Shown here: piece after piece, positions 7,993 through 17,572 of the stretch | Layout of the letters: each line of letters starts with the position of its first letter | How positions within the stretch are numbered: position 1 is the first letter of the stretch | Source: a virus | Taxonomy: Duplodnaviria; Caudoviricetes | Virus record (IMG/VR): IMGVR_UViG_3300036987_000310 | Span: 128,001 to 192,000 of that record | Direction: 5' to 3' (one strand) | DNA length: 64,000 nucleotides | Notes under the pieces: model-generated | The model's input: only the letters and a program-made list of their open reading frames with translations | Told to the model about the DNA's origin: nothing | The model's database searches: none | Made by a program: the position numbers and the translations under genes

Positions 7993-8361
7993 ATGAACTC
8001 ATACGCATACGCAAACTTGGACACCCGAAACGACCAAAACCATATTTGGGTACCAAATATTCCGGTGGAAGAACTTCGAATTTATGTTCGAATTTTATGC
8101 CAAGTCCATGTAGTCAAGAACTCAGTAAGTCCTGATCATGCGTGGTTCAATCACCATATGTCGCGGTTGCAGCGGGCTGTTGTTGTGTTGAAAAGAAAAT
8201 ATCCTAAACACATGGCAAACAAGCAAGCGGCTTGGAACTTGGCCCGCGTCGAAGCCGTTCTGTGGCTTGAAAACACCAATGCAGACGCGACTGTGCGATC
8301 GTCTGTGTTGGAAAGTCTGAAATGTGGGCTGCCACAAATAGACAACGCACAGCTCATCTAG
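7993..8361 (+). CDS. Hypothetical protein
   Basis: 122-aa ORF downstream of the operator-like array. Confidence 0.5.
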   Translation: MNSYAYANLDTRNDQNHIWVPNIPVEELRIYVRILCQVHVVKNSVSPDHAWFNHHMSRLQRAVVVLKRKYPKHMANKQAAWNLARVEAVLWLENTNADATVRSSVLESLKCGLPQIDNAQLI

Positions 8362-8411
8362 TGCTTGGGAACCGTTTGAAACCATCGCACTAGAAACTGC
8401 ATGGAGGAAAC

Positions 8412-8717
8412 ATGCATACGCATACGCAAACTCGCACAAATGTTAAAGCAACAGCTCAGTTCATAACTTTTAACGACGAACTGATGATGAGATATGCCAC
8501 CAGTTTGGTTAGGCTCATAGTGTTTAACAAACACTGTGGTCCAGAGCATTCTTGCACTATTGAAGAAACACGAATTTTTCGCAAATACGATGATGAAATC
8601 GTGCGACATACCAAAGCTTTGTCTTTTCGTTGTGCGTCCATGCCGCTTGCCCATGCTTTCGTCAACCGCTTGACGAAAGCATGGGCAAGCGGCACAATTT
8701 TTAAACGACAGCCCTAG
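8412..8717 (+). CDS. Hypothetical protein (low confidence)
   Basis: GGAGG before ATG; 3' end runs through a 25-bp hairpin. Confidence 0.35.
   Translation: MHTHTQTRTNVKATAQFITFNDELMMRYATSLVRLIVFNKHCGPEHSCTIEETRIFRKYDDEIVRHTKALSFRCASMPLAHAFVNRLTKAWASGTIFKRQP
8641..8694. repeat. Perfect 25-bp inverted repeat with 4-nt loop
   Basis: TGCCGCTTGCCCATGCTTTCGTCAA-CCGC-TTGACGAAAGCATGGGCAAGCGGCA. Confidence 0.9.
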
Positions 8718-8790
8718 TTTTCAACTAGAGGTAAAAAAACTTTTCGTGGACGCTGTGAAAGTAATATCGCTTCAGCTTTTCCGATAGCGG

Positions 8791-8859
8791 TCGCGACGGA
8801 GGGAGTTGAACCCTCGTCCTAGCCCATATGAAAGGCTGGCCTCGCCTCAAGTCGTCGCG
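8791..8859 (-). tRNA. Atypical CAT-anticodon tRNA with degenerate D-arm (possible pseudo-tRNA)
   Basis: CGCGACG/CGTCGCG acceptor, loop TTCATAT, T-arm intact, only 69 nt. Confidence 0.6.
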
Positions 8860-8936
8860 TGGTTGCGGGCGCGGGGAGTTGAACCCCGCTGTCTCCAGCG
8901 TATGAAACTGGCGTGGAACCGTTTCACTCGCCCGCA
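8860..8936 (-). tRNA. tRNA-Met(CAT), encoded CCA
   Basis: TGCGGGC/GCCCGCA acceptor, loop TTCATAC. Confidence 0.85.
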
Positions 8937-8937
8937 G

Positions 8938-9010
8938 TGGATCCCAGGAGATTCGAACTCCTCGCCTCCGCGGTGCAAGCGCGGCGCTCTCCCAAATGAG
9001 CTAGGAACCC
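8938..9010 (-). tRNA. tRNA-Ala(TGC)
   Basis: Loop CTTGCAC, G3.U70 pair, A73. Confidence 0.92.
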
Positions 9011-9015
9011 ATTTG

Positions 9016-9088
9016 CGCTTCCGGCAGGACTTGAACCTGCAATCTCGCGGTTCGGAGCCGCGTGTCTTGTCCGTTGGACTACGGAAGC
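9016..9088 (-). tRNA. tRNA-Arg(CCG)
   Basis: GCTTCCG/CGGAAGC acceptor, loop CTCCGAA. Confidence 0.9.
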
Positions 9089-9101
9089 GTATTATCAAAA
9101 A

Positions 9102-9517
9102 TGATTGAAATCCTGGAGGAATTTGAAGAAGGACGTTTAGGAGGAGAGCCTGAAGCTTTGGGCGCGGGCGATCTTATTCTCAACATCGTCAAGGACGTGC
9201 AATCGCTAGACGCCAGTTTAGTATGGATCGGAAAAGATTATGCGACTTGGAGCTTGAACGAAGTCAAGATACGGGTTGACACAAAGCGGAGCCATTCATA
9301 TGCTCCATTGTTTGAAGAAGAGTTTCTTCAATGGCTGTCCTCGGCAAATCAGACACTGGACGGCTTCGGAAGAAAGCGGACGATGGAAGCTTTCCAAATG
9401 TCGCTTCCCGGCAAGTTGAGCATAAGCCATTCGGCAATGATCGTTGTTGGATGGGAAGAAGATGAGAGTCACCAGGATGCAATGCTACTGTCTATAGGGG
9501 AAGTTATGAATCAATAA
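9102..9517 (+). CDS. Hypothetical protein with tag (EVMNQ)
   Basis: Start moved past tRNA to ATG 9102; ends SIGEVMNQ. Confidence 0.6.
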
Positions 9518-9524
9518 CGAGCCT

Positions 9525-9908
9525 TTAGCAGTCGTGGATGTGCATGAGAAGCAAAGCCCCAGGAGTCATGGCGTCTCTCGGCATCGTCACCATGTACGAC
9601 CTCGTCACCATGTACGACCCTGTGCCTTTCCATTCGATTGAAATTTCATATGAAGCATGAACTTTCACGCAACTAAACAGAGGCACCGGAGTTTTGTCTT
9701 TGCATATTCGCTTGTTTCGCTTTTCAAAATGCCGCTTCACCCATCCGGAAATCTTTTTTACTGGCTTGCGGCCCAAGTTTGCCATGCAGACGGCGTTCAC
9801 GACAGGACGCGCCCACTGGGGTGGCGGACCGTCACCCCATGTCCAAGACACTGGGGTTGACACCAGTGTCAATGAATTCAAATATGTAGCAAACGGTCCA
9901 ATTGCCAA
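9525..9908 (-). CDS. Hypothetical protein with tag (HIHDC) and 18-bp tandem duplication at 9584-9619
   Basis: SYMVTR repeated; ends LLMHIHDC. Confidence 0.55.
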   Translation of the reverse strand: MAIGPFATYLNSLTLVSTPVSWTWGDGPPPQWARPVVNAVCMANLGRKPVKKISGWVKRHFEKRNKRICKDKTPVPLFSCVKVHASYEISIEWKGTGSYMVTRSYMVTMPRDAMTPGALLLMHIHDC

Positions 9909-9926
9909 ATTACCACCATGTTGCTT

Positions 9927-10346
9927 CTAGGACTCCATACCGAGCGCCGTCGCCAGTCGTGCAGCATCGTCGATGGCGAGCGCATCGGTGGCGCCCTCTC
10001 CCTTAACTGCCTGGTGGCCACGGGTGAACAACCAAAAAGTCATTCGCTCGCCATTGATTCGATAATCGTTGTGGACGGCGACCGACCATCCGGCTCTTCG
10101 CATGTCGGCCAGTTTCCTAATACCACGAATTGCAAGAATTTGCTGCTCAGCCGCGTTCCGTCGAGCCAGAACAGCCGTCCACTTCGCTTCTGCGTTGCGA
10201 GTCTCATCCGACGTGTGGTCGTCGTTTTGCGAGCGTTCAAAGTCATTCTTCATCGACAAACACCACTGGTTGTAGGCAGACTCGTTCTCCTTTTCGATTT
10301 GCGAGAAAGCGTCTTCACACGCGTCAAAAACTTCCTCGGCGTTCAT
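9927..10346 (-). CDS. Hypothetical protein with tag-like end (GMES)
   Basis: 139-aa ORF, WSVAVHNDYR...FWLFT. Confidence 0.65.
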   Translation of the reverse strand: MNAEEVFDACEDAFSQIEKENESAYNQWCLSMKNDFERSQNDDHTSDETRNAEAKWTAVLARRNAAEQQILAIRGIRKLADMRRAGWSVAVHNDYRINGERMTFWLFTRGHQAVKGEGATDALAIDDAARLATALGMES

Positions 10347-10467
10347 GGTGTTTTTTCCTCGCCATTGGAATCACGGTCTGACTTTCCCCACATAGCGTCG
10401 CAAGCCTCCAGAGCAACAAGAACCACGGGCACCAATGGTCCCGGGACTGTTTACACCACCATCGATT

Positions 10468-10543
10468 TGGCACCCCCGGCGCGATTCGAACGCGCAACCC
10501 GCGGCTTAGAAGGCCGCTGCTCTGTCCTTTGAGCTACAGGGGC
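10468..10543 (-). tRNA. tRNA-Arg(TCT), encoded CCA
   Basis: Loop CTTCTAA, stem GCGGC/GCCGC. Confidence 0.9.
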
Positions 10544-10589
10544 GTAGGAAGACTCGGGGCCTGCTTGCACAGACTCACCGAGCCTTCAG

Positions 10590-10662
10590 AGGCGGGAGCG
10601 GGAGTTGAACCCGCCAACAATGGTTTTGCAAACCATGCCCTTGGCCGCTTGGGTATCCCACC
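10590..10662 (-). tRNA. tRNA-Cys(GCA)
   Basis: Loop TTGCAAA, U73. Confidence 0.9.
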
Positions 10663-10663
10663 G

Positions 10664-10963
10664 TCAAAGTTGGTGAATCATTAAGGCCATGACCTCCATC
10701 GTATCGCGCCCATCTTCTGGACTTAATTCAAACTCCAAATCGCACTCCCACTTGTCCCAATGGAGAACCCCAGCCAAATCAAGCTCCCCGTTGCATGCAA
10801 GATCATACAATTTTTTGTTTTCATACAAAACCTTTGCCAGATCCAAGCCCCACCCTTCTTTTCGGAATCTTTTTTCTCTTTTTCCGTTAGAACCAGTCCA
10901 TGTCACCAAAGCTTCTGTTGGTCCGAAAAGAAGAACCTGGTTTACACGTATTCGAGCGCTCAA
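10664..10963 (-). CDS. Hypothetical protein with tag-like end (MIHQL)
   Basis: 99-aa ORF; ATGA overlap. Confidence 0.6.
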   Translation of the reverse strand: MSARIRVNQVLLFGPTEALVTWTGSNGKREKRFRKEGWGLDLAKVLYENKKLYDLACNGELDLAGVLHWDKWECDLEFELSPEDGRDTMEVMALMIHQL

Positions 10964-11595
10964 GAGTTTTGAACCTTTTTGACTGATTCATACCGCTCCC
11001 GCGCCGCCTTCTCTGCCTCCATTTCTTTTTGGTGCGATCTGCGAGTGTGATACTTTTTGTCTGAAAGGGCACCGATCGACTGCATGCATAAAAACACGAC
11101 AGTCCACAAAGCGAAGTCGCCCCCAATTGAAGCAGACCACTGCCGCTTGTTTTGGGAATGGTATCCGCAAACAAGGTTTTCTGGAAATCCCTCGAAATAC
11201 ACGGAGCGCAGTTCGTCTCCTGTATAGTCCGGCTCCGGCGGAGGAATTGTCTTGAACAGAGGTCCGAAGTCGGCTTTGATCGGCTCTTCGCTAAGAACAG
11301 TCAGCTTCCAACCAAAGAAGTTGTTCCGCACTGTGAACGAAATGCTGAAATCCTGCCTGGTGATTTGCACCACCGGAAGCGTTATAGATTTTGACGTATG
11401 AGTCGAAATCACGCGCGCTATTTGCTCGTCTTTTCGTTCGTAAAAGTTCATGCCGCTCTCGACAAGAGGCGTCAACTCGTCACGAATGAATTCGATTTGG
11501 GTGCCGAAGGCTCCCTTCCACAGCATCTCGTCGCCACAGATTTGTTCATTGACCCAATCTTGCAAAGGTGTTCCATTCAAAATTTTCTTTTGCAT
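10960..11595 (-). CDS. Hypothetical protein with tag-like end (KVQNS)
   Basis: Start moved to ATG 11595 because the track ORF runs through tRNA-Gly. Confidence 0.65.
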   Translation of the reverse strand: MQKKILNGTPLQDWVNEQICGDEMLWKGAFGTQIEFIRDELTPLVESGMNFYERKDEQIARVISTHTSKSITLPVVQITRQDFSISFTVRNNFFGWKLTVLSEEPIKADFGPLFKTIPPPEPDYTGDELRSVYFEGFPENLVCGYHSQNKRQWSASIGGDFALWTVVFLCMQSIGALSDKKYHTRRSHQKEMEAEKAARERYESVKKVQNS

Positions 11596-11641
11596 GATGG
11601 TCCATACTTTCACGGGCGAGTTATTTACAATAAGGTACTTG

Positions 11642-11722
11642 AGCGGGTGACGGGAATTGAACCCGCCGTGGCTTTCGCCCCCAGCATGGCAAGCTGGTGT
11701 CCCTCCATGAGACATCACCCGC
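11642..11722 (-). tRNA. tRNA-Gly(GCC) with long variable arm
   Basis: GCGGGTG/CACCCGC acceptor, U73, loop TTGCCAT, extra arm GGC-GAAA-GCC. Confidence 0.85.
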
Positions 11723-11726
11723 AATT

Positions 11727-12032
11727 CTATCGTCGGTTCACGCTGTTGCCAGCCCAGACGTTCCCTTGAACATTCCCGCATTTCACGCTATTGCCTCCTT
11801 CAACATCTCCATGAACTTCTCCACATTCGATAGAGCAGTCTGATTCAACTGAAGCCAGCGGGCCTTCCCACAGAATTTTGACATCGCCTTGCAAACCAGT
11901 TTGGACTGTGACACCATCCACTTGCACGACCCCGTTTTTGATCGTGACGTTATTGCCCTGGACAACTGTTGTTTTGCCATTGACAGTAATTCTGGTAGAT
12001 TGTGAAGGCGGCGTGCGGAAAGGGTTTCTCAT
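11727..12032 (-). CDS. Small beta-rich Gly/Val/Asn protein
   Basis: ITVNGKT..VQGNNVTIKNG...GDVEGGNSV low-complexity beta repeats. Confidence 0.65.
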   Translation of the reverse strand: MRNPFRTPPSQSTRITVNGKTTVVQGNNVTIKNGVVQVDGVTVQTGLQGDVKILWEGPLASVESDCSIECGEVHGDVEGGNSVKCGNVQGNVWAGNSVNRR

Positions 12033-12093
12033 ATCTTTAGGTACTCGAACGAGGGGTAGATTTTCGTTTTAGAGCGCATTTCAAATAATACAG

Positions 12094-12129
12094 TGGACCC
12101 CAGGCTTCGAACCCATGAGCTACGACCCC
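12094..12129 (-). pseudogene. tRNA remnant: 5' end joined directly to T-arm/3' end
   Basis: GGGGTCGTAGCTCA followed by TGGGTTCGAAGCCTGGGGTCCA; no anticodon arm. Confidence 0.45.
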
Positions 12130-12151
12130 GAGTTTTTAATTGTTTTGACTG

Positions 12152-12442
12152 TTGACGATGGACCACCAAAAATGCGACAGCACATGCAACTTCCATGAAA
12201 CAATCGTAAACAGGATGAAGGCCATGGAAGACACGGCAAAGATTTCATTGGACTTGAAAGAGGCAGTAAAAAACCTGTCAGACAATGTGGCGGCGTTGCA
12301 CCAAGCTGTGGTGAAAATGGCGGCAGAAAGAAACAACTCCATGCCGATCAGCGTGAGGGTGTTTATTGCCGTGCCATCGTTGCTAATCACCGTGGCAACG
12401 CTAGTGTGGCTGCACGAGCACGCTGGCGCGCTTCTAAATTAG
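12152..12442 (+). CDS. Coiled-coil protein with C-terminal transmembrane helix (holin/XhlA-like architecture)
   Basis: Heptad helix then VRVFIAVPSLLITVATLVWL. Confidence 0.55.
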   Translation: MTMDHQKCDSTCNFHETIVNRMKAMEDTAKISLDLKEAVKNLSDNVAALHQAVVKMAAERNNSMPISVRVFIAVPSLLITVATLVWLHEHAGALLN

Positions 12443-12516
12443 CGTCCTCGGCAGGATTTGAACCTGCAACCTTGTCCTTAGGAGGGACCTGCACGATCCG
12501 ATTGTGCTACGAGGAC
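12443..12516 (-). tRNA. tRNA-Arg(CCT)
   Basis: GTCCTCG/CGAGGAC acceptor, loop CTCCTAA. Confidence 0.88.
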
Positions 12517-12532
12517 GTTCTGTTGCTAAACT

Positions 12533-12808
12533 GTGGACCCTGTAATTTTTTGCATGGGAAAGCCAACGCATGAACTCGTCGTGAAGGATGTCGAAACCGG
12601 AGACTATGGAAAAATTGGCGTCGGATGGATGGACGACAAAGATGGATATGTGTCCATTAAGCTAAACCCATGCGTTGTCGTGTCGTATGAATCGTTGAGA
12701 GACAAAGTTCTCACGCTTTTTCCGATTAAAACCGACAAAGAATGGGCATCGTTTCACGCCAAAAAGAACAGGCAAAAAGCAAAAACCGAGTCAGAGTCAG
12801 AGTCATGA
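12533..12808 (+). CDS. Hypothetical protein
   Basis: 91-aa ORF, GKIGVGW..KDGYVSIKLNP. Confidence 0.6.
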   Translation: MDPVIFCMGKPTHELVVKDVETGDYGKIGVGWMDDKDGYVSIKLNPCVVVSYESLRDKVLTLFPIKTDKEWASFHAKKNRQKAKTESESES

Positions 12809-13063
12809 AGCCATGACTTGCTCTGGAGCAGACTCCTCGCAAGTCGGCATGTCGCCTTTCTCCGTGCGCCTAGACAGAACAACCCTGTCCCCCTCAGTCC
12901 AGATTTTCAACCCGCAGTCTTTGCAGTTGTGGGTCCAGTCGTGGTCGCCACGCACGGGCCACCATCTGTGAACAGGAAGTTTTTTGTCCTCGTTGCGCAC
13001 ATACTCCAACAATCGGATGTGAGATGGCGGATAAACAAAGTTTGGATCCTTTTGATCAAACAT
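12803..13063 (-). CDS. HxW...CxxC small protein with tag (QVMAS)
   Basis: VHRW...HDWTHNCKDCG...PTCEESAPEQVMAS. Confidence 0.65.
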   Translation of the reverse strand: MFDQKDPNFVYPPSHIRLLEYVRNEDKKLPVHRWWPVRGDHDWTHNCKDCGLKIWTEGDRVVLSRRTEKGDMPTCEESAPEQVMAS

Positions 13064-13077
13064 GCAATAAAATACAA

Positions 13078-13153
13078 TGGGGCGACCGACCGGTTACGAT
13101 CCGGCACTTGAAGGGCCACAACCTTCCGTGCAGTCCACTACACCACGGCCGCC
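13078..13153 (-). tRNA. tRNA-His(GTG) with G-1, C73, encoded CCA
   Basis: Loop TTGTGGC; atypical T-loop ATCGTAA. Confidence 0.85.
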
Positions 13154-13156
13154 ACG

Positions 13157-13276
13157 TTTCATTATATGCTTTTTTACTGCTTTATCTGATACCCCAAGCG
13201 CCTTCCCGACAGAAACATATCCGCGTTCGGATACCATTCGTTTCAGTTCTTCCAGTGAAGGCCATTCTGCTTTTGT
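13157..13276 (-). pseudogene. Start-less remnant of an HTH domain typical of the C-terminus of tRNA-linked HNH endonucleases
   Basis: Frame reads TKAEWPSLEELKRMVSERGYVSVGKALGVSDKAVKKHIMK with no start codon. Confidence 0.5.
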
Positions 13277-13291
13277 ATGTAGGTTCGATAA

Positions 13292-13369
13292 TGGTCGGGA
13301 TGGCCGGATTTGAACCGGCGTCCTCTTGACCCCCAGTCAAGCGCTCTTGCCAGGCTGAGCCACATCCCG
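13292..13369 (-). tRNA. tRNA-Pro(GGG), encoded CCA
   Basis: CGGGATG/CATCCCG acceptor, loop CTGGGGG. Confidence 0.92.
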
Positions 13370-13417
13370 CAATGCCGGTTTTGTCAGGATCCGGCAACCT
13401 GTCGCTGCAACGCAGAG

Positions 13418-14584
<1,167 letters not shown>

Positions 14585-14660
14585 TGCACTTGTGGGTTGC
14601 CAGCCCTCTTTCTCTTCTCTTCTCCTTAACCCCGTCGGACTATCCGACTCCAGGGGCTTG

Positions 14661-15083
14661 TTATGAATCCATGACTGCAGCCATCATTTTGTGACCGTCT
14701 TTTTCTAGCCACGGAAGATAGCTGTAAGCTTCCGGCGAGTCGTTTCCAAACCAGACCCAAACGTCGTCTTCAAGTCTTCCAAGCCAAAAAACAATGTCAT
14801 GCCATGGCTTGAATGATGGTTCTGCATGGTTTCGAAGCCACACGAGCAATTTGCCTGTTATTTTTGCTGGAATAGCAAGATAACAGGATTGGCTGCCCCA
14901 TTCGACGTCAACGTGGACGATCAAGTGGTCCGATGTTTGGGACCAAAAGTTCTTTCGCATACATAAGCGCACGAAGCTCCCAACAGCCAACGTTCTCCCA
15001 ACCCCGACGATTTCGCTATGGTGCGGATACTCGCCATGATAGTTCCATGAGTACTCGGGTTCGTGCGAGTCTGCGCTTTTCAA
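14661..15083 (-). CDS. Hypothetical protein with tag (AVMDS)
   Basis: Ends MMAAVMDS; start uncertain. Confidence 0.55.
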   Translation of the reverse strand: MKSADSHEPEYSWNYHGEYPHHSEIVGVGRTLAVGSFVRLCMRKNFWSQTSDHLIVHVDVEWGSQSCYLAIPAKITGKLLVWLRNHAEPSFKPWHDIVFWLGRLEDDVWVWFGNDSPEAYSYLPWLEKDGHKMMAAVMDS

Positions 15084-15086
15084 AGT

Positions 15087-15269
15087 TCATGACTCCATCA
15101 CGTCTGTCGCAATGTTAAACGCGCAGCTGTCATGCGTATGGCCGATTGAAACAAGGCGCCTGCACGCATGACACCATGTCATATTCCATTCTTTTGCTGG
15201 GACTGTCACAATGGATACCATTTCAAAAAGTGGCATCTTTTCAGTCATTCCACTTTTACGCATCGTCAC
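15087..15269 (-). CDS. Small CxxC...H...C protein with tag (DVMES)
   Basis: CHACRRLVSIGHTHDSCAFNIATDVMES. Confidence 0.65.
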   Translation of the reverse strand: MTMRKSGMTEKMPLFEMVSIVTVPAKEWNMTWCHACRRLVSIGHTHDSCAFNIATDVMES

Positions 15270-15442
15270 CCCTCAGAAACTGACTCCGGCTTAGTCACGG
15301 CAGCGGTTAACAACGCCAAAAGACTTTTTCCATCCTTGTCTGTGAGATCTGTTTCTATGTCTAGACGATTGCCTTTAGGCGTGTACACGACAACGCGGAC
15401 AGAAAATTTGCCAGGCCATCTTTTATTGATTGGCTGCTTCAT
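15266..15442 (-). CDS. Small hypothetical protein
   Basis: Start moved to ATG 15442 downstream of tRNA-Pro. Confidence 0.5.
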   Translation of the reverse strand: MKQPINKRWPGKFSVRVVVYTPKGNRLDIETDLTDKDGKSLLALLTAAVTKPESVSEG

Positions 15443-15472
15443 GCAACTCTCAACTGTCTGTTTAAAACCGGG

Positions 15473-15545
15473 TCGGGGTAGCCGGATTTGAACCGGCGAC
15501 GTCGTGCACCCAAAGCACGCGCTCTTCCAACTGAGCCATACCCCG
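15473..15545 (-). tRNA. tRNA-Pro(TGG)
   Basis: CGGGGTA/TACCCCG acceptor, loop TTTGGGT. Confidence 0.92.
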
Positions 15546-15546
15546 T

Positions 15547-15885
15547 TTAAGCTTGCCCTATCTCTTTGTTTCCAAAGATCCGGTCCCACCCGGATCTGTA
15601 AGCTTCGGTTGTCACTTTTGACGGACCGGAACAAGAACACTCACTTGAATAGTCCGACTCTCCATATAAAAACTCAACTTTGAACCTGTCGCCTTCGACA
15701 TGGGTGAGTTGAACAAGTTCCCCTCCCCCATTTATCGGGCACCCGTCTTTGACGACTCTCATGACGCCACCAACGACTTTATGATCTTTGGTGTGCCTGA
15801 TGAACGGCCGCACGCCATGGGACATCTCAGGACCAGCAATGAGCTCGTCTGAGCAATCGCACTTGTGACTCTTTTCGTCGCTCAT
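15547..15885 (-). CDS. Hypothetical protein
   Basis: 112-aa ORF ending GPSKVTTEAYRSGWDRIFG. Confidence 0.65.
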   Translation of the reverse strand: MSDEKSHKCDCSDELIAGPEMSHGVRPFIRHTKDHKVVGGVMRVVKDGCPINGGGELVQLTHVEGDRFKVEFLYGESDYSSECSCSGPSKVTTEAYRSGWDRIFGNKEIGQA

Positions 15886-15888
15886 GTG

Positions 15889-16299
15889 TTACCTGTCAAT
15901 TCTGATGAATCTGACGAGCTTTCCGTCAGCGTCGTCGTAGCTTGCTGCAATGAATCCCCACCCAGGCTTGTTGGACTCATCCGACTGTGTGCCCACGAGT
16001 CCGTTCAAAATCCCGAGAAGTCCAACCATCGTGTTTCCATCCCCACCTTTCACAACTTGAACAGTCGGGTGCTCAGCCATTTGATCGTTACATCGAACGC
16101 GAGTTTCAATCAAACGTTCCATCGCTTCTTTGTCGACAGACACTAGCTCGTTCAGGTATGCAATGACTTTGTCGACACCGTCTTCTGCGACATGTTCCAT
16201 TCGTCTATTCCTTAGCTTTTGGAGAAGATCGTCGCGATTGTTTCTGTCCATTCTTCCGCAGACCATTACAATGTCAAAACTACATTGTCCACCCAACAA
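15889..16299 (-). CDS. Hypothetical phage protein (start uncertain)
   Basis: RVRCNDQMAEHPTVQV...VGLLGILNGLVG. Confidence 0.65.
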   Translation of the reverse strand: MLGGQCSFDIVMVCGRMDRNNRDDLLQKLRNRRMEHVAEDGVDKVIAYLNELVSVDKEAMERLIETRVRCNDQMAEHPTVQVVKGGDGNTMVGLLGILNGLVGTQSDESNKPGWGFIAASYDDADGKLVRFIRIDR

Positions 16300-16639
16300 A
16301 TTTCCAGACAGGCTTTTTTGAAGCCGTCGAGATTTTCATCATGTCTGCCGTCCCAACCCCTCCCGGAAACGCAAGGACAATGTCCGGCTTTCCTTCTTTC
16401 AGCATTTGCCTATTACGTCTTTTTCCGGCTCCAAGACCGTAAAGATCCCAGTTTGCGGGAAACGGAACATGCTTTACCCCGTGTCTGACGGCCCACTGCA
16501 TCGCCATGGTGTCTGCCCCATTGGCTGCCCCGTGTACTACTGCGGAAACCCCTAAACTCTCGTGCAGATAGTTCAAAACAAGCTCTACAGCGACTTCGTC
16601 GCTCCAGTCTCGGCCTCCACACACTAGGACGCGAATCAT
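16280..16639 (-). CDS. SLOG-family protein (YspA/DUF2493-like)
   Basis: VLVCGGRDW...VVHGAANGAD...PANWDLYGLGAGKRRNRQML...VLAFPGGVGT. Confidence 0.85.
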   Translation of the reverse strand: MIRVLVCGGRDWSDEVAVELVLNYLHESLGVSAVVHGAANGADTMAMQWAVRHGVKHVPFPANWDLYGLGAGKRRNRQMLKEGKPDIVLAFPGGVGTADMMKISTASKKPVWKFVGWTM

Positions 16640-16642
16640 TTG

Positions 16643-16715
16643 AGCCGACAGCGAGAGTCGAACTCGCCTGGTCCGCTTTACGAGGGCGGTGCTCTCCCAC
16701 GAGTGCTATGTCGGC
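16643..16715 (-). tRNA. tRNA-Thr(CGT)
   Basis: GCCGACA/TGTCGGC acceptor, loop CTCGTAA. Confidence 0.88.
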
Positions 16716-16716
16716 T

Positions 16717-16792
16717 TGGAGCCGCCTGCGGGAGTCGAACCCGCTGTCTCCAGAGTACAAAACTGGCGCCCCGCCACTGGGGCCTAGGCGGC
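16717..16792 (-). tRNA. tRNA-Thr(TGT), encoded CCA
   Basis: GCCGCCT/AGGCGGC acceptor, loop TTTGTAC. Confidence 0.88.
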
Positions 16793-16794
16793 GA

Positions 16795-17169
16795 TTATCG
16801 CTTGAGCGCACACACTGCCAAGTTGACGCTTGTCGCCATGATGACTGTTATGTTGCGGGATTCAAGCTCAAAATTCACTATGTCAAGTTCGGGAACTCTG
16901 TCCGGACTGCATACCCAGGCGGATTCCCCACCTCTATTCGAAAGAGCTTCCATGCAGTCCGCAAACTTTGTGGCTCCCCATGAGTCGACGAATCCAACTT
17001 TAGAGAGATCCAACAAAAGAATCGGGCCCCACAAGCTTCCAGACAGATTCTGCAACTCGTCGTCTGCCCCCAATTTCAAATGGAACGAAACGTCTCGCGT
17101 CCAGTCCCCTCGAATCGTGGCAATTGTCACGCCATCTTCTTCTCTGACTTCAACTGTCGGTTTTGGCAT
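16795..17169 (-). CDS. STAS-domain protein (anti-sigma-factor antagonist-like)
   Basis: VTIATIRGDW...ILLLDLSKVGFVDSWG; phospho-acceptor Ser position retained. Confidence 0.8.
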   Translation of the reverse strand: MPKPTVEVREEDGVTIATIRGDWTRDVSFHLKLGADDELQNLSGSLWGPILLLDLSKVGFVDSWGATKFADCMEALSNRGGESAWVCSPDRVPELDIVNFELESRNITVIMATSVNLAVCALKR

Positions 17170-17170
17170 G

Positions 17171-17572
17171 TCAAGACTCCCATACTTCTTGAACCACGAT
17201 CTCCCGAATTGCGTCCAGAAGCATCTGACCATCCAAGTTCTTTTCTGAAGCTTCCAAAAACACCTGTCCGTCTAACAATCCGGCGCGCCAAATTGAAGAA
17301 TGCTTGACGCAGTACATGTGCCCCTTGAACGGGCGCCCTCTGTCCATTTCAAATCGGAATTCAAACTGACTGCCGTGCGAGTGTCCACAATTCCTGCACA
17401 TGCCTCCTTCCACACGCTCGACATATCTTGTGGAAAAGTTGTCGACTAGCTTTTCCAGGTATGGATCGCCTGAAGACATTAATCGAATTTCTGACACTAC
17501 TTTGTTCAGGTATTTTAGCGCTTCCGGCTTAAATACGAACCACTCCTCTACCGGGACTCCAAGATTTTTCAT
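17171..17572 (-). CDS. Hypothetical CxxC/H protein with tag (EVWES)
   Basis: CRNCGHSHG...YCVKH; ends IVVQEVWES. Confidence 0.65.
   Translation of the reverse strand: MKNLGVPVEEWFVFKPEALKYLNKVVSEIRLMSSGDPYLEKLVDNFSTRYVERVEGGMCRNCGHSHGSQFEFRFEMDRGRPFKGHMYCVKHSSIWRAGLLDGQVFLEASEKNLDGQMLLDAIREIVVQEVWES

Noticed and set aside
8806-9108. Track ORFs over tRNA clusters (also 5525-5710, 16640-17248, 22992-23537, 25874-26566)
   Set aside because: Spurious frames through tRNA genes.
10545-10589. Theta/HDV-like ribozyme after tRNA-Cys
   Set aside because: Only a simple hairpin (GGCTCGG/CCGAGTC with a GCAA loop); no P4, J4/2 or pseudoknot partner before the next tRNA.
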